Of a stretch of 64,000 bases of DNA, positions 20,644 through 29,514 are shown in pieces. The translations under genes and the position numbers were made by a program. The first letter of the stretch is position 1. Each line of letters opens with the position of its first letter. The DNA is from Methanotrichaceae archaeon. GTDB lineage: Archaea; Halobacteriota; Methanosarcinia; Methanotrichales; Methanotrichaceae. The notes under the pieces were generated by a model. That model was not told the DNA's origin. It saw only the letters and a list, made by a program, of their open reading frames with translations, and did no database searches. The DNA lies in the NCBI GenBank assembly GCA_963803145.1, contig CAWDLW010000008.1, forward strand, positions 480,001 to 544,000. Reading direction: 5' to 3'.

Positions 20644-20876
20644 TCAACCTTATCGCCTGTTTTTCAGAAGCCTTCCCCCGGAGAGGGGTCAGGGGCAGCC
20701 CGTCCGGCGATTGAGGACGCCACTCCCCCTTGAGGGGGTTGGGGGGTGGATATTCTTTCAAGCCGCTATCCGCAGGCGGAATCCGTAAGTGACAGCATCG
20801 CCAATCAATTGAGCCATTAAGCAGCCTCCCAGGGCGTTTGGGAGCGCTAGAAAGCTATTAGTTTTAGCCCTAAAAA
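20644..20876. repeat. Repeat R copy 8 with an internal insertion and a duplicated second hairpin
   Basis: Core to 20721, about 100 bp of extra sequence, then gcagcctcccagggcgtttgggagcgctag...ttagttttagccc. Confidence 0.85.
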
Positions 20877-20897
20877 TTTTTGCTCCAGCTGAATTCA

Positions 20898-21491
20898 TCA
20901 AGGCATCCCCAAACGCTCTTTTATTGCTGCAATGTCCTTTTGCATCCGATGAATTTGAATCGAAAATCCAGGCTGTAGCTCCTCTTTCATCCCCTTAATC
21001 TCTTCCAGGATATGAGGTATTGCGCCCGTGTTCGCTTTTATAGCATCAGTGTTCGCTTTGATAGCTGGCAGGATATCAGTGTTCGCTTTGATAGCTGGCA
21101 GGATATCAGTGTTCGCTTTGATGGCTGGCAGGATATCAGTGTTCGCTTTGATGGCTGGCAGCTCATCAAGACGTTGAATGCCCTTAGCCAACTGCGCGTT
21201 CATGTTCACAATTGAAGTTTTGGTGATATCTGGCACTCGACCCTCAAAATTCTCAGATTTGATATTTGTAACCTGTGCTTTTTGGGGCCTTTTGGCCTTT
21301 ACTGCTTCCATGAACTCCCTGAACTGCTCATCATCGGCTTCGAGCCTGGCGATAACTGCCTGTTCGCCCCCTATAACATCATTTTTTACCCCAAATCTCT
21401 CAATATCGCAGTCGTCAGCTAACGCGATCAGAAATGGCCTGTAGCCAACATCGTGAACTTTGGGTCCGCTGATTATGATTTTAATCTTCAC
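20898..21491 (-). CDS. Acylphosphatase-domain protein with a 10-aa tandem-repeat tail
   Basis: GPKVHDVGYR...FGVKN; LPAIKANTDI repeats; C-terminus nearly identical to 11937-12461. Confidence 0.85.
   Translation of the reverse strand: MKIKIIISGPKVHDVGYRPFLIALADDCDIERFGVKNDVIGGEQAVIARLEADDEQFREFMEAVKAKRPQKAQVTNIKSENFEGRVPDITKTSIVNMNAQLAKGIQRLDELPAIKANTDILPAIKANTDILPAIKANTDILPAIKANTDAIKANTGAIPHILEEIKGMKEELQPGFSIQIHRMQKDIAAIKERLGMP
21045..21161. repeat. 30-bp coding tandem repeat, about 4 copies
   Basis: atcagtgttcgctttgat(a/g)gctggcaggat. Confidence 0.95.
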
Positions 21492-21609
21492 CCTTCACCC
21501 TCCTATCAGGCACAAAGCTCATCAAAAGATCATGCCAGGTTCGATTGCCCTTAACCTTTTCCAGCTCTTCAGCTTCCCAATCTTCGAGCGTGACATGGAC
21601 GTGTTTCAT
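21481..21609 (-). CDS. Small ribbon-helix-helix-like protein (42 aa)
   Basis: MKHVHVTLEDWEAEELEKVKGNRTWHDLLMSF...; overlaps the acylphosphatase start. Confidence 0.55.
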   Translation of the reverse strand: MKHVHVTLEDWEAEELEKVKGNRTWHDLLMSFVPDRRVKGED

Positions 21610-22294
21610 TGTATCATAGTATGTATGATAGTATTTATAGGGCTCCTCTCTATTTCCAGTGGGTATACTCAAGAGGGGTCTGAGCCTACCAGGAAAACGA
21701 TTAAGAATCGCTCTGTGTCTCCGTGCCTCAGTGGTGAATTTCGTTTTGTCTAGCAATAGCCGAACGAACCAAGAATTGGATGCTCAAATAACAATCAACA
21801 TCCCATCGCCAAGCATACAAAGAATATTCAAGAAGTCCCGGAGCCTCCAAATTCCAACATCTCCGCCAAACCCTCTTATCACCATTCAATTCAGATTATG
21901 GCGCACTCAAATCTATAGCCCGGAATGAGCCCGCTTTTGATCATGCCTTTTCTGGATTCCTCTTCCGGATTCAGCCTATGCCTTTCGATCATCAAGCTCT
22001 CTGCCATAAGCAGGTGCTAACAAGCCTTCAGGGATTAAAAACTTACCGCTGTGTTAATTATATCAATTCCTTATTGCTGCCATTCGTCCTGGACCTTTGT
22101 TATCTCCCTACACAGCTTCAGTCCATCCCCGACAAGCTGATATGTCATCTCTCCCCTGGCAGGATGCATCTGTACATATCCAAGTAAAGCCTTTTTTACC
22201 CCATTTCCTCCTGCGGGAACTCTTCTGGCAAAGGCTCTCTCCGGTACATGGCGCCGATTTGCTGAGATGGGCGGCTCTGCAGATGCTCAATCAA

Positions 22295-22532
22295 TTATGA
22301 GTTATACGAACGTATAAGCGAACATCCCGGTCTGAGCGCATACGAATACGCAAAGGTTTCCGGCTGGTCGATTGGGAGAACTCACTCCTCCATCAAAAGG
22401 CTGGAGAGTCAAGCTTATCGCCAGGCCTAAGCCGTGGCAGGAGTTCTTCACAAAGGAAGAGCTGGAAGAGATGAAACAGTCAGATTTCTGGGATGAGCTA
22501 GAGACTATAGTGACGAGCGATAAAGAGTTGTA
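22295..22532 (+). pseudogene. Remnant of a winged-HTH gene homologous to 18701-19075
   Basis: YELYERISEHPGLSAYEYAKVSGWSIGRTHSSIKRLE...PKPWQEFFTKEELEEM. Confidence 0.65.
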
Positions 22533-22577
22533 AACGGCCGATCTCTGCTCGTCTTTTATCGTCTAGATTCATCTTTT

Positions 22578-22842
22578 TACCTTTGTAGTGATCAGCCGTC
22601 GTTTGTTTATAATTACAGCCAGACACCCTCTTCCATATAGGCGAGAATCCTTGTCCAGTAAACCTTATCGCCTGCATTTCCAGAAACCTTCCCCCGAAGA
22701 GGGGTTAGGGGCAGCCCGCCCGGGCGTTTGAGTGCGCTAGAGCGCTGTTATTGTTAGCCCGAAAAGGAAGTTTAGTCTCTTGAATTAGAAGCAGCCCCAA
22801 ACGCAAAGTCAGAGCAGTTCTGGATTGTCCCGCTCTTACGAG
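22578..22842. repeat. Repeat R copy 9 (full unit)
   Basis: Left arm, core from 22660, right arm gcagccccaaacgcaaagtcagagcagttctgga. Confidence 0.9.
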
Positions 22843-22866
22843 TTCAATTTTAACTTGGATATGCTT

Positions 22867-23427
22867 TCAGATAATTCCCTTCTCTTTCAATGCCATCTTC
22901 ATCTCTTTCAGCTCTTCCAGATCGGCTTCAATACGCTCGAACTTCATATCCATATAGCTCTTCAGGTCTACCCTCAGTCCCCGAATTTCTCCTGTGGTCG
23001 CATCCTGCTTGTCGAGCATTTGGTCTTGCTTGTTGAGCATTTGGTCTTGCTTGTCGAGCGTTTGGTCTTGCTTGTCGAGCGTTTTATTGAGACTGCCAAC
23101 CAATTCTTTCAATAACTCTATTCCATCATCAAGACGTTCCCCGACCTCTTCAGGACCGGTGATCTTCTTGAAGCTCGAGTATTGGCCGGACCCTTGAGAG
23201 TACTGCGTATCGACGTTTTCAACATCTATTATGGCGTTCTTGATCCGGAGAGCTGATGTGAAATTCTCTAAATCGTTCCTCTCACCTTCCGCGATCACCA
23301 GCACCTGGCCATCCGGGCGGTTCTGAACCAACCCCACCAAATTCATCTCATGAGCCAGAGATACTACTTTAGCACGGTATCCTACTCTCTGAACTCTCCC
23401 TGAGATATACGCAGTTAGTCTGATCAT
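22867..23427 (-). CDS. Acylphosphatase-domain protein with a heptad-repeat coiled coil
   Basis: GRVQRVGYR...GLVQNRPDGQV; L(D/N)KQDQ(T/M) repeats. Confidence 0.88.
   Translation of the reverse strand: MIRLTAYISGRVQRVGYRAKVVSLAHEMNLVGLVQNRPDGQVLVIAEGERNDLENFTSALRIKNAIIDVENVDTQYSQGSGQYSSFKKITGPEEVGERLDDGIELLKELVGSLNKTLDKQDQTLDKQDQMLNKQDQMLDKQDATTGEIRGLRVDLKSYMDMKFERIEADLEELKEMKMALKEKGII
23003..23083. repeat. 21-bp coding tandem repeat, 4 copies
   Basis: tcttgcttgt(c/t)gagc(a/g)tttgg. Confidence 0.9.
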
Positions 23428-23459
23428 TACCGTAAGTAGTTAGTGTGATCTATGTATAA

Positions 23460-23492
23460 GTGACTTCCTCCCCGGCCTAAAAGACCGGAGTT
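23460..23492 (-). mobile_element. Orphan IS200/IS605 right end
   Basis: Reverse complement reads ccggtcttttaggccggggaggaagtcac, the same gggaggaagTCAC terminus as at 32849-32861. Confidence 0.65.
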
Positions 23493-23831
23493 TGCGCCCT
23501 GAACTTTTCTATCATCTCCGCCTTATTGTAATGGCGAAGAATATCCTAGCTCTTCATAGCAAGGATGTTTGCCTTCACCTTTGAGGCAGCCCAATATCTG
23601 ACGATGTATCCTTTAGAACGATCCTGCCCCTGAGCGGATACAATAAACAGTGAAATCAGAATAAAGCTAAATACAGGGTTGCGTATCATTTTATCTCCTT
23701 TGATCTTGAGATAAACTGGGAAGAGATTTTGATTATAAATATTATTTTATATGATTTTGTGGTTGATCAAAGTATCCTGTATGTTCAATAACTGTGCCAA
23801 CGGCTTCTCACCACTTAGCCTTGGCACAACC

Positions 23832-24590
23832 TCAAAGAGAGAAACCTTCCAGATTTATCTCATCCAATCGCACTGATCCATTGATCGCTTTGGCGCTCAT
23901 CTTATATTTCCCGGATGGAAATCCTGTCATATTAACGCTTACATTAAAGCTACCCTTCACGATCACCTTTTTGATCAGCGTCATGGTTAGGTCCACCCTG
24001 GAGACATTCTCCGCAGCATCCCCGAAGATCTTAATCTGATAGCTTCCAGGCGAGAGCATATCATTAGTAATAGTAGCTGTGCCGTTATTATCTGCCTCGC
24101 TTTGTGAGGTGACCCATATTCTCTCGAATGTAGGCTTCCAGACCATGCTCGAGTTCTGATAGCTTCCCTGATCCTTCCGAACACCAATGTTCAGGTTATT
24201 CACCTTGCTTGCAGATACTGTAAAGTTGTTAGGCAAAGCGGGGATAAAAATGCCTCCAGCATCGTATGCATACCCAGAGACATCTAATCCTTGGATATTT
24301 TTTCTGATATATGGATAAGAGATGTTGAAATCAGATGAGATAGGAGGGATGTGGATGCCGACAAGATCGTAGCTGTAGCTGCCTGAGAATACCGGGGCTG
24401 TATCTTGAATGGTGAAGTTAAGGAGAAGCTCGCCTGAGCCTACCCCCGAGATCCTCATCTCGCCGGGTGTGAGTCCCACGCATGAGAGCAGTATGCAAAT
24501 TACTGCCAATGACCTCAGGATTGTGAGGAGCTGCCTATTGGCCATATCTATCGCCTGCCGGCTGTTGCGATCATCTTCGTTCGTCTCCAA
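23832..24590 (-). CDS. Secreted hypothetical protein (paralog of 6490-7233)
   Basis: Shared N- and C-terminal blocks with a divergent central segment. Confidence 0.75.
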   Translation of the reverse strand: METNEDDRNSRQAIDMANRQLLTILRSLAVICILLSCVGLTPGEMRISGVGSGELLLNFTIQDTAPVFSGSYSYDLVGIHIPPISSDFNISYPYIRKNIQGLDVSGYAYDAGGIFIPALPNNFTVSASKVNNLNIGVRKDQGSYQNSSMVWKPTFERIWVTSQSEADNNGTATITNDMLSPGSYQIKIFGDAAENVSRVDLTMTLIKKVIVKGSFNVSVNMTGFPSGKYKMSAKAINGSVRLDEINLEGFSL

Positions 24591-24615
24591 ACCAGGGTAA
24601 TTGCTTTAAAGTGTA

Positions 24616-24960
24616 CTACATTTTATGTTTTAATATCAAATTGCGTATAGTTATAAACATAAGTTCTAGCAGATATCCGTTCAAGCTGTACTCGCCGGGA
24701 GCAAATATATCGACTCCTGCCTCGATCGTGAGAAACTCGTACAGCCCGTCGCCATCCATATCCACTCCGTGATCCGTGAAGTTTCCTGTAAGAGATGCTA
24801 GGCCAGCTCCTGGATTTTGGCCGCATGCATTCAAGCTGAGGCATATTGCCAAAAGAAGCGAAAGGAGCAAAAGAAACAGATACACGTGAGTAATACGAGA
24901 ATTAATGCCGAATTAATTATTCTCCTCATTTTTCCCTCCCAACGTACGAGATTTTCTTCA
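24616..24960 (-). pseudogene. Collapsed copy of the 19374-20560 two-gene unit
   Basis: 24616-24885 matches 19374-19830 with an internal deletion; 24886-24960 matches about 20485-20558. Confidence 0.7.
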
Positions 24961-25012
24961 CTATCGTTTGTTTAATTATCAAGCAAATGGCATTTCACCG
25001 CAATCTCACGAT

Positions 25013-26158
25013 TCATATATTTAGCGCTCTTTTCGGTATTATGAAACTATGTCCTTCTTCGCCGATCTTTTTTAGAGCTTTAGAAGCGCTTAACCGTACA
25101 TTGCTATCTTTATCATTTGAGAGCACCTGGAGCAGTGGCAATCTGGCTTTTGAGTCTCCAATCTCTCCAAGAGCATCAGCAGCTCCCCCTTGAACTGCGC
25201 TATTTCCGTTTTGGAGCGCCTGAATCAATGGGTCTATTGCAGGTTTTCCAATTCCTGCAAGAGAGTTTGTGGCTGCCGTTCGAACATCGCTGTCATTATC
25301 ACCTAGCGTCTGAATCAACGGCTCTATAGCTCCGGTATCTTGCGAATTCCCGAGCGAATATGCAGCCTCTGCCCGAACATTTTTGTCATCATCCCCAAGT
25401 GCCTGAATTAACGGCTCCACGGCCCTCTTATCATTAATCCTTCCCAGAGCCCATGCCGCACTTTCCCTGCCGCTTTTATCTTCTCCCTTCAGGATTCCGA
25501 TCAATAAATCGTAAGTCTCGGCACCTTTGATGGCTCTGAGAGCCCATAGAGCCTCTCCTCTGGCGTCTATGTTGTCATCCTTAAGTGCATTGATCAGTGG
25601 ATCAACAGCTCGATTATCTTTGATCATTCCGAGAGACACAGCAGCCCAATATCTGACATCGCTGCTGTTATCCCTGAGCGCAAGCATCAGAGGATCTGAT
25701 GCTCTGGTATCGTTGATCAAGCCCAGCGCAGCCGTTGCCTCCCATCGAACCAGGCTATCGTTATCTTTCAGGGCCTGGATCAATGGGTCAACTGATGGCT
25801 TCCCGATCTTTACGAGCGCGAGAACTGCCCACTCTCGGACGTTGCTGTCATTATGCTTCAATACCTGGATCAAAGGATCGATGGCGCTAACATTGCCGCT
25901 CTTTCCAAGCGCCCAGGCAGCTTCCATTTTGACGCTGTTATCTTTATCCTTTAGAGCCTGAATCATTGGGTCTATGGCCCTGGTATCACCGATCTTTGCA
26001 AGAGCCTGTATAGCGCTTATCCTGACTTTGCTGCTGTCGTTATGTTCGAGCTGCTGAATGTAAGTCTCTATGGATGTGTCTTTAGTATGATCCTGTCCCA
26101 GAGCAGGTACAATAAGCAGTGAAATCAGAATAAAGCTAAATACAGGGTTGCGTATCAT
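25013..26158 (-). CDS. Secreted HEAT/PBS-repeat protein
   Basis: Signal peptide; repeated DPLIQALKD.D..VR..AA.ALG. Confidence 0.92.
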   Translation of the reverse strand: MIRNPVFSFILISLLIVPALGQDHTKDTSIETYIQQLEHNDSSKVRISAIQALAKIGDTRAIDPMIQALKDKDNSVKMEAAWALGKSGNVSAIDPLIQVLKHNDSNVREWAVLALVKIGKPSVDPLIQALKDNDSLVRWEATAALGLINDTRASDPLMLALRDNSSDVRYWAAVSLGMIKDNRAVDPLINALKDDNIDARGEALWALRAIKGAETYDLLIGILKGEDKSGRESAAWALGRINDKRAVEPLIQALGDDDKNVRAEAAYSLGNSQDTGAIEPLIQTLGDNDSDVRTAATNSLAGIGKPAIDPLIQALQNGNSAVQGGAADALGEIGDSKARLPLLQVLSNDKDSNVRLSASKALKKIGEEGHSFIIPKRALNI

Positions 26159-26240
26159 TTTGTCTCCATTGTTCTCGAAATTAACCGCAAAGATATGTAG
26201 CGCATGAATACGATTTAATATGATTTAGAAGGGAAAATGC

Positions 26241-27002
26241 TCAGAGATTCATGAATATTTTCATGGCCTCGTTTCCCTTACCAAGCGCCAGCAATGCATG
26301 CATCTTGTTATTCAGAGCCTGACTCCACTTCGGGTCTATCTTCAAAGCATTATTGTAAGCATCCAGAGCCTCGGAGTATCTCCCTGCATGCATCAGCGCA
26401 AGGCCCTCCGCATTGTAGGCATACTTATTCTTAGAATCTTGAGAAATCACCTGATTTAGAAGATCCATTGCCTGAGAATCGTTTCCAAGCGAAATGTCAG
26501 TTAAAGCTTTTCCATATAATGCATCCTTATAATTAGGATCTAAAGCCAACGCACCATCGAACTTGGCGCTAGACTCAGAGTATCTTCCCTGGAGCTGCAG
26601 GAGTTGCCCTTCTTTATACCAGCTGCCCTTATCCTTTGGGTTTAATTTGGTGATCGCTGATGCAGCTATGGAGGCATTGGCATAATCCTTGTTAGCTGAG
26701 TATGCATCAATCAATCCCGACCAGACAGCAGCTGTTTTATTATTAGCCTTCAGGCCCTGATTATACGATTCAATTGATCCATTGTAATTCCTAAGAATTT
26801 TCTGTGTATCCCCTTTGTGAACCCATGCGTTAACATAACCCGGATCCTGATCTATTGACTTGTTGAAGTAATCCAGCGACTCAGTGTAGTTTCTGTAATT
26901 ATAGAGCTTGCTTCCCAAATCATCAAAATAAGCAGGTGCCGTGTCAGCAGCACAGATGGTACTCAGGATAATGAAGCATAATGCCAGGGTAAATAGTCTC
27001 AT
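26241..27002 (-). CDS. Secreted TPR protein
   Basis: Signal peptide plus TPR repeats. Confidence 0.88.
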   Translation of the reverse strand: MRLFTLALCFIILSTICAADTAPAYFDDLGSKLYNYRNYTESLDYFNKSIDQDPGYVNAWVHKGDTQKILRNYNGSIESYNQGLKANNKTAAVWSGLIDAYSANKDYANASIAASAITKLNPKDKGSWYKEGQLLQLQGRYSESSAKFDGALALDPNYKDALYGKALTDISLGNDSQAMDLLNQVISQDSKNKYAYNAEGLALMHAGRYSEALDAYNNALKIDPKWSQALNNKMHALLALGKGNEAMKIFMNL

Positions 27003-27045
27003 GTCGATGCCCTCTGGATCTCATAGTGCTTCGAGCTTGTCATCA

Positions 27046-27804
27046 TCAAGCCACCATGAATAGATCCATCGCTTCTTTCGACTTGCCTGAGATCATCAGA
27101 TCATTCATTTTGTTAACCGAAGTCTGGCTCCATCGGGGATCAATCTCCTGTGCCATATCGTAAGCCGACTTAGCCTCTGCATACTTTCCTTCTCCCTCTA
27201 GAGCTAAACCCTTGGCGTTATAGGCGTATTTGTTTTTGGGGTCGATAGCCAATACTTGATCGAAAAGCTTTATAGCACCAGTATCATTGCCTGTTGCAAT
27301 AAGAGAGATTCCCTCTTGATATAACGCATCCTTATATTGAGGATCTAAGTTCAATGCGCCATCATATTTTTGCAGGGATTCCTTAAACTTTCCCTGCGTC
27401 TGGAGGAAACTTCCTTCACGAAGCCAGCTTGCTTTATTCTTTGGGTCGAGCTTCGTAACCTCAGCGGCAGCAATAGTAGCGTTGGCGTAATCGTTGAGAG
27501 TCGTATATACAGTTATCATCCCAGACCATGCCGCTTTGCTGCTGTTGTCCAACTGTACAGCATGATTGTATAACGCCAGGGAGGTACTGTAATTTTTCAT
27601 AGCCATTAGGGTGTCTCCCTTGTGCACCCATGCATCCACATATTTGGGATCCTGCTTGAGCGCCTTATCGAAGTAGATCAGAGCTCCGGTGTAGTTCTTG
27701 GATGAAGATAGTTTGCAGCCCTTCCAGTCGAAGTACTCTGTCTCCTCTGCTGCACAAACTGCAATTAGGAGAAGAAAACATAATGCAAGGATGATTATCT
27801 TCAT
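27046..27804 (-). CDS. Secreted TPR protein
   Basis: Signal peptide plus TPR repeats; tandem paralog. Confidence 0.88.
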   Translation of the reverse strand: MKIIILALCFLLLIAVCAAEETEYFDWKGCKLSSSKNYTGALIYFDKALKQDPKYVDAWVHKGDTLMAMKNYSTSLALYNHAVQLDNSSKAAWSGMITVYTTLNDYANATIAAAEVTKLDPKNKASWLREGSFLQTQGKFKESLQKYDGALNLDPQYKDALYQEGISLIATGNDTGAIKLFDQVLAIDPKNKYAYNAKGLALEGEGKYAEAKSAYDMAQEIDPRWSQTSVNKMNDLMISGKSKEAMDLFMVA

Positions 27805-27839
27805 TGAACCCCTTATTATTTGATTGAATTATCCGTTTA

Positions 27840-27956
27840 CTTATGTTAGTTAAATTCGTCCGTCTCTGTGCCTTTGTGTCTTCGTGGTGATCATCCGCCG
27901 TTTGTTTATTTGCAGCCAGACATCATTTTCCATACAGGCAAGAATCTTAGCCCCAA
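27840..27956. repeat. Repeat R partial copy (core deleted)
   Basis: Left arm ...cagccagacatcattttccatacaggcaagaatc joined directly to ttagcccca. Confidence 0.7.
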
Positions 27957-28376
27957 ATGAAAGTATTGTCCTTAAGCCGTTCTCGATGCGTCATCCTGCT
28001 TTGGCTCCTCATGGATCGCCAGTAACCCCAGAGCTTCCTCTTTGCTAAGGGTTTATCTACTCTTCTGGTCCTCCCATAGCTTTCTGAAGAAGTAGAAGTA
28101 CTCGTAAAGCTCCAGGATATCTTTTGCATACACAACCACTCCTTCTTCTATCACTGCCATCTTCAGGTAGAGTGGCATCATCGAGAATAGTATTATTTAG
28201 GCCCTCTATCACTAACAGCCTGATCTCTTCAAGACCCAAGCCTCGATCATCTCTTGGAAGGCCTTGTAGGTGGCGAGCTTTGTTTTATCATCGCCGAGGA
28301 ACTGATCAGGCGGAATATCCAGAGCCCACATCTTTATCTGGTCTGCTCTTTTTAGTATTATATTTGCTTTATCTTC

Positions 28377-29514
28377 GAGGATTCCTATAAACCTACCCCC
28401 TGCTTTAGCATCGAAAGTGTTAAATACAGCAAATAGTATTTATTGTTATGGATTCTTTTACTACTTGGGTATTGAAAGGTCTAAATGCAAAGCAAGAGGA
28501 GTCTAAATTAGCTCAAGTATCTGGATTGATCAATTGGGTTCCCTTTCGTCCTCTTCTGGAAGGGATGTATACTAATAAGACCGAGAAGGGAGGAAGGCCC
28601 AACTGTGATGTTATTCTAATGTTCAGGATCCTGATTCTCCAGCAGTGGTATGGCCTGAGCGATCTGGCTGTTGAACGGCAAATGGCTGATCGCATATCAT
28701 TTATGGCATTTCTTGGTTTTCCTGATCAGTTCCCTGATTCCAGAACTATATGGTCATTCAAAGAACGAATGGCGGAGACAGGAACAGATAGGCTTGTTTG
28801 GGCTGAACTTCAAAGACAGTTGGATGCAAAAGGATTGAAGATCAGACGCGGAATTGTTCAGGATGCTACCTTTATAGAAGCAGATCCAGGATCATCGGAG
28901 TCAAAGAAACCACGTGGCGATGAGGCTAAGACACGTCGCAGCAAGGATGGCACATGGGCTAAGAAAGGCAATGAAACTCACTTCGGATATAAGTTACATC
29001 AAATAACTGATATCGATTACAGCCTAATACGTGATATAGAGACCTCGACTGCATCACTGCATGACAGTCAGGTTGATCTCTCTATCCCTGGCGTGCCAGT
29101 TTTCAGAGATAGAGGATATTTCGGTGTGAAGGCCAAAGGTATTGATTTTACAATGAAGCGCAGGACTACTGATAAACCTCTTTCTGATCTTGATAAAGAA
29201 CGCAATCAGTTGATCAGTATCCTCAGATCGCCTGGCGAAAGGCCCCATGCTGTAATCAAGAGGGTTTTCGAGGCTGGAAGAGTGCTTGTTACATCAGTCA
29301 GAAGAGTGCATGTGAAAATGATAGTTACCGCTTTCGCTTTTAACTTGTATCAGCTTTGTACTCTTAAAAAGGCAAATGTCATTTAGGGATAGCGGATGCT
29401 ATCGAGAATTAACTGAAAAAAAACAGGTTAGACCAAGAATAGCGAACATCGTAAGGCAAATCTAGAGTCGATTTAAAAAAACCGCCCTTAGGATACAAGT
29501 AAATAGGAATCCTC
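28377..29514 (+). mobile_element. IS5-family insertion sequence
   Basis: TIRs gaggattcctat / ataggaatcctc; 4-bp TSD CTTC at 28373-28376 and 29515-29518. Confidence 0.92.
28448..29386 (+). CDS. IS5-family transposase
   Basis: LQQWYGLSD, VQDATFI, FGYKLH, DRGY, R...ER. Confidence 0.93.
   Translation: MDSFTTWVLKGLNAKQEESKLAQVSGLINWVPFRPLLEGMYTNKTEKGGRPNCDVILMFRILILQQWYGLSDLAVERQMADRISFMAFLGFPDQFPDSRTIWSFKERMAETGTDRLVWAELQRQLDAKGLKIRRGIVQDATFIEADPGSSESKKPRGDEAKTRRSKDGTWAKKGNETHFGYKLHQITDIDYSLIRDIETSTASLHDSQVDLSIPGVPVFRDRGYFGVKAKGIDFTMKRRTTDKPLSDLDKERNQLISILRSPGERPHAVIKRVFEAGRVLVTSVRRVHVKMIVTAFAFNLYQLCTLKKANVI

Noticed and set aside
4569-22842. CRISPR array interpretation of repeat R
   Set aside because: Repeats are at least 100 bp and divergent, the intervals are gene-sized and variable, and no cas genes are present.
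6490-24590. Diversity-generating retroelement TR/VR pair
   Set aside because: There is no reverse transcriptase, and the paralog differences include indels and are not adenine-specific.
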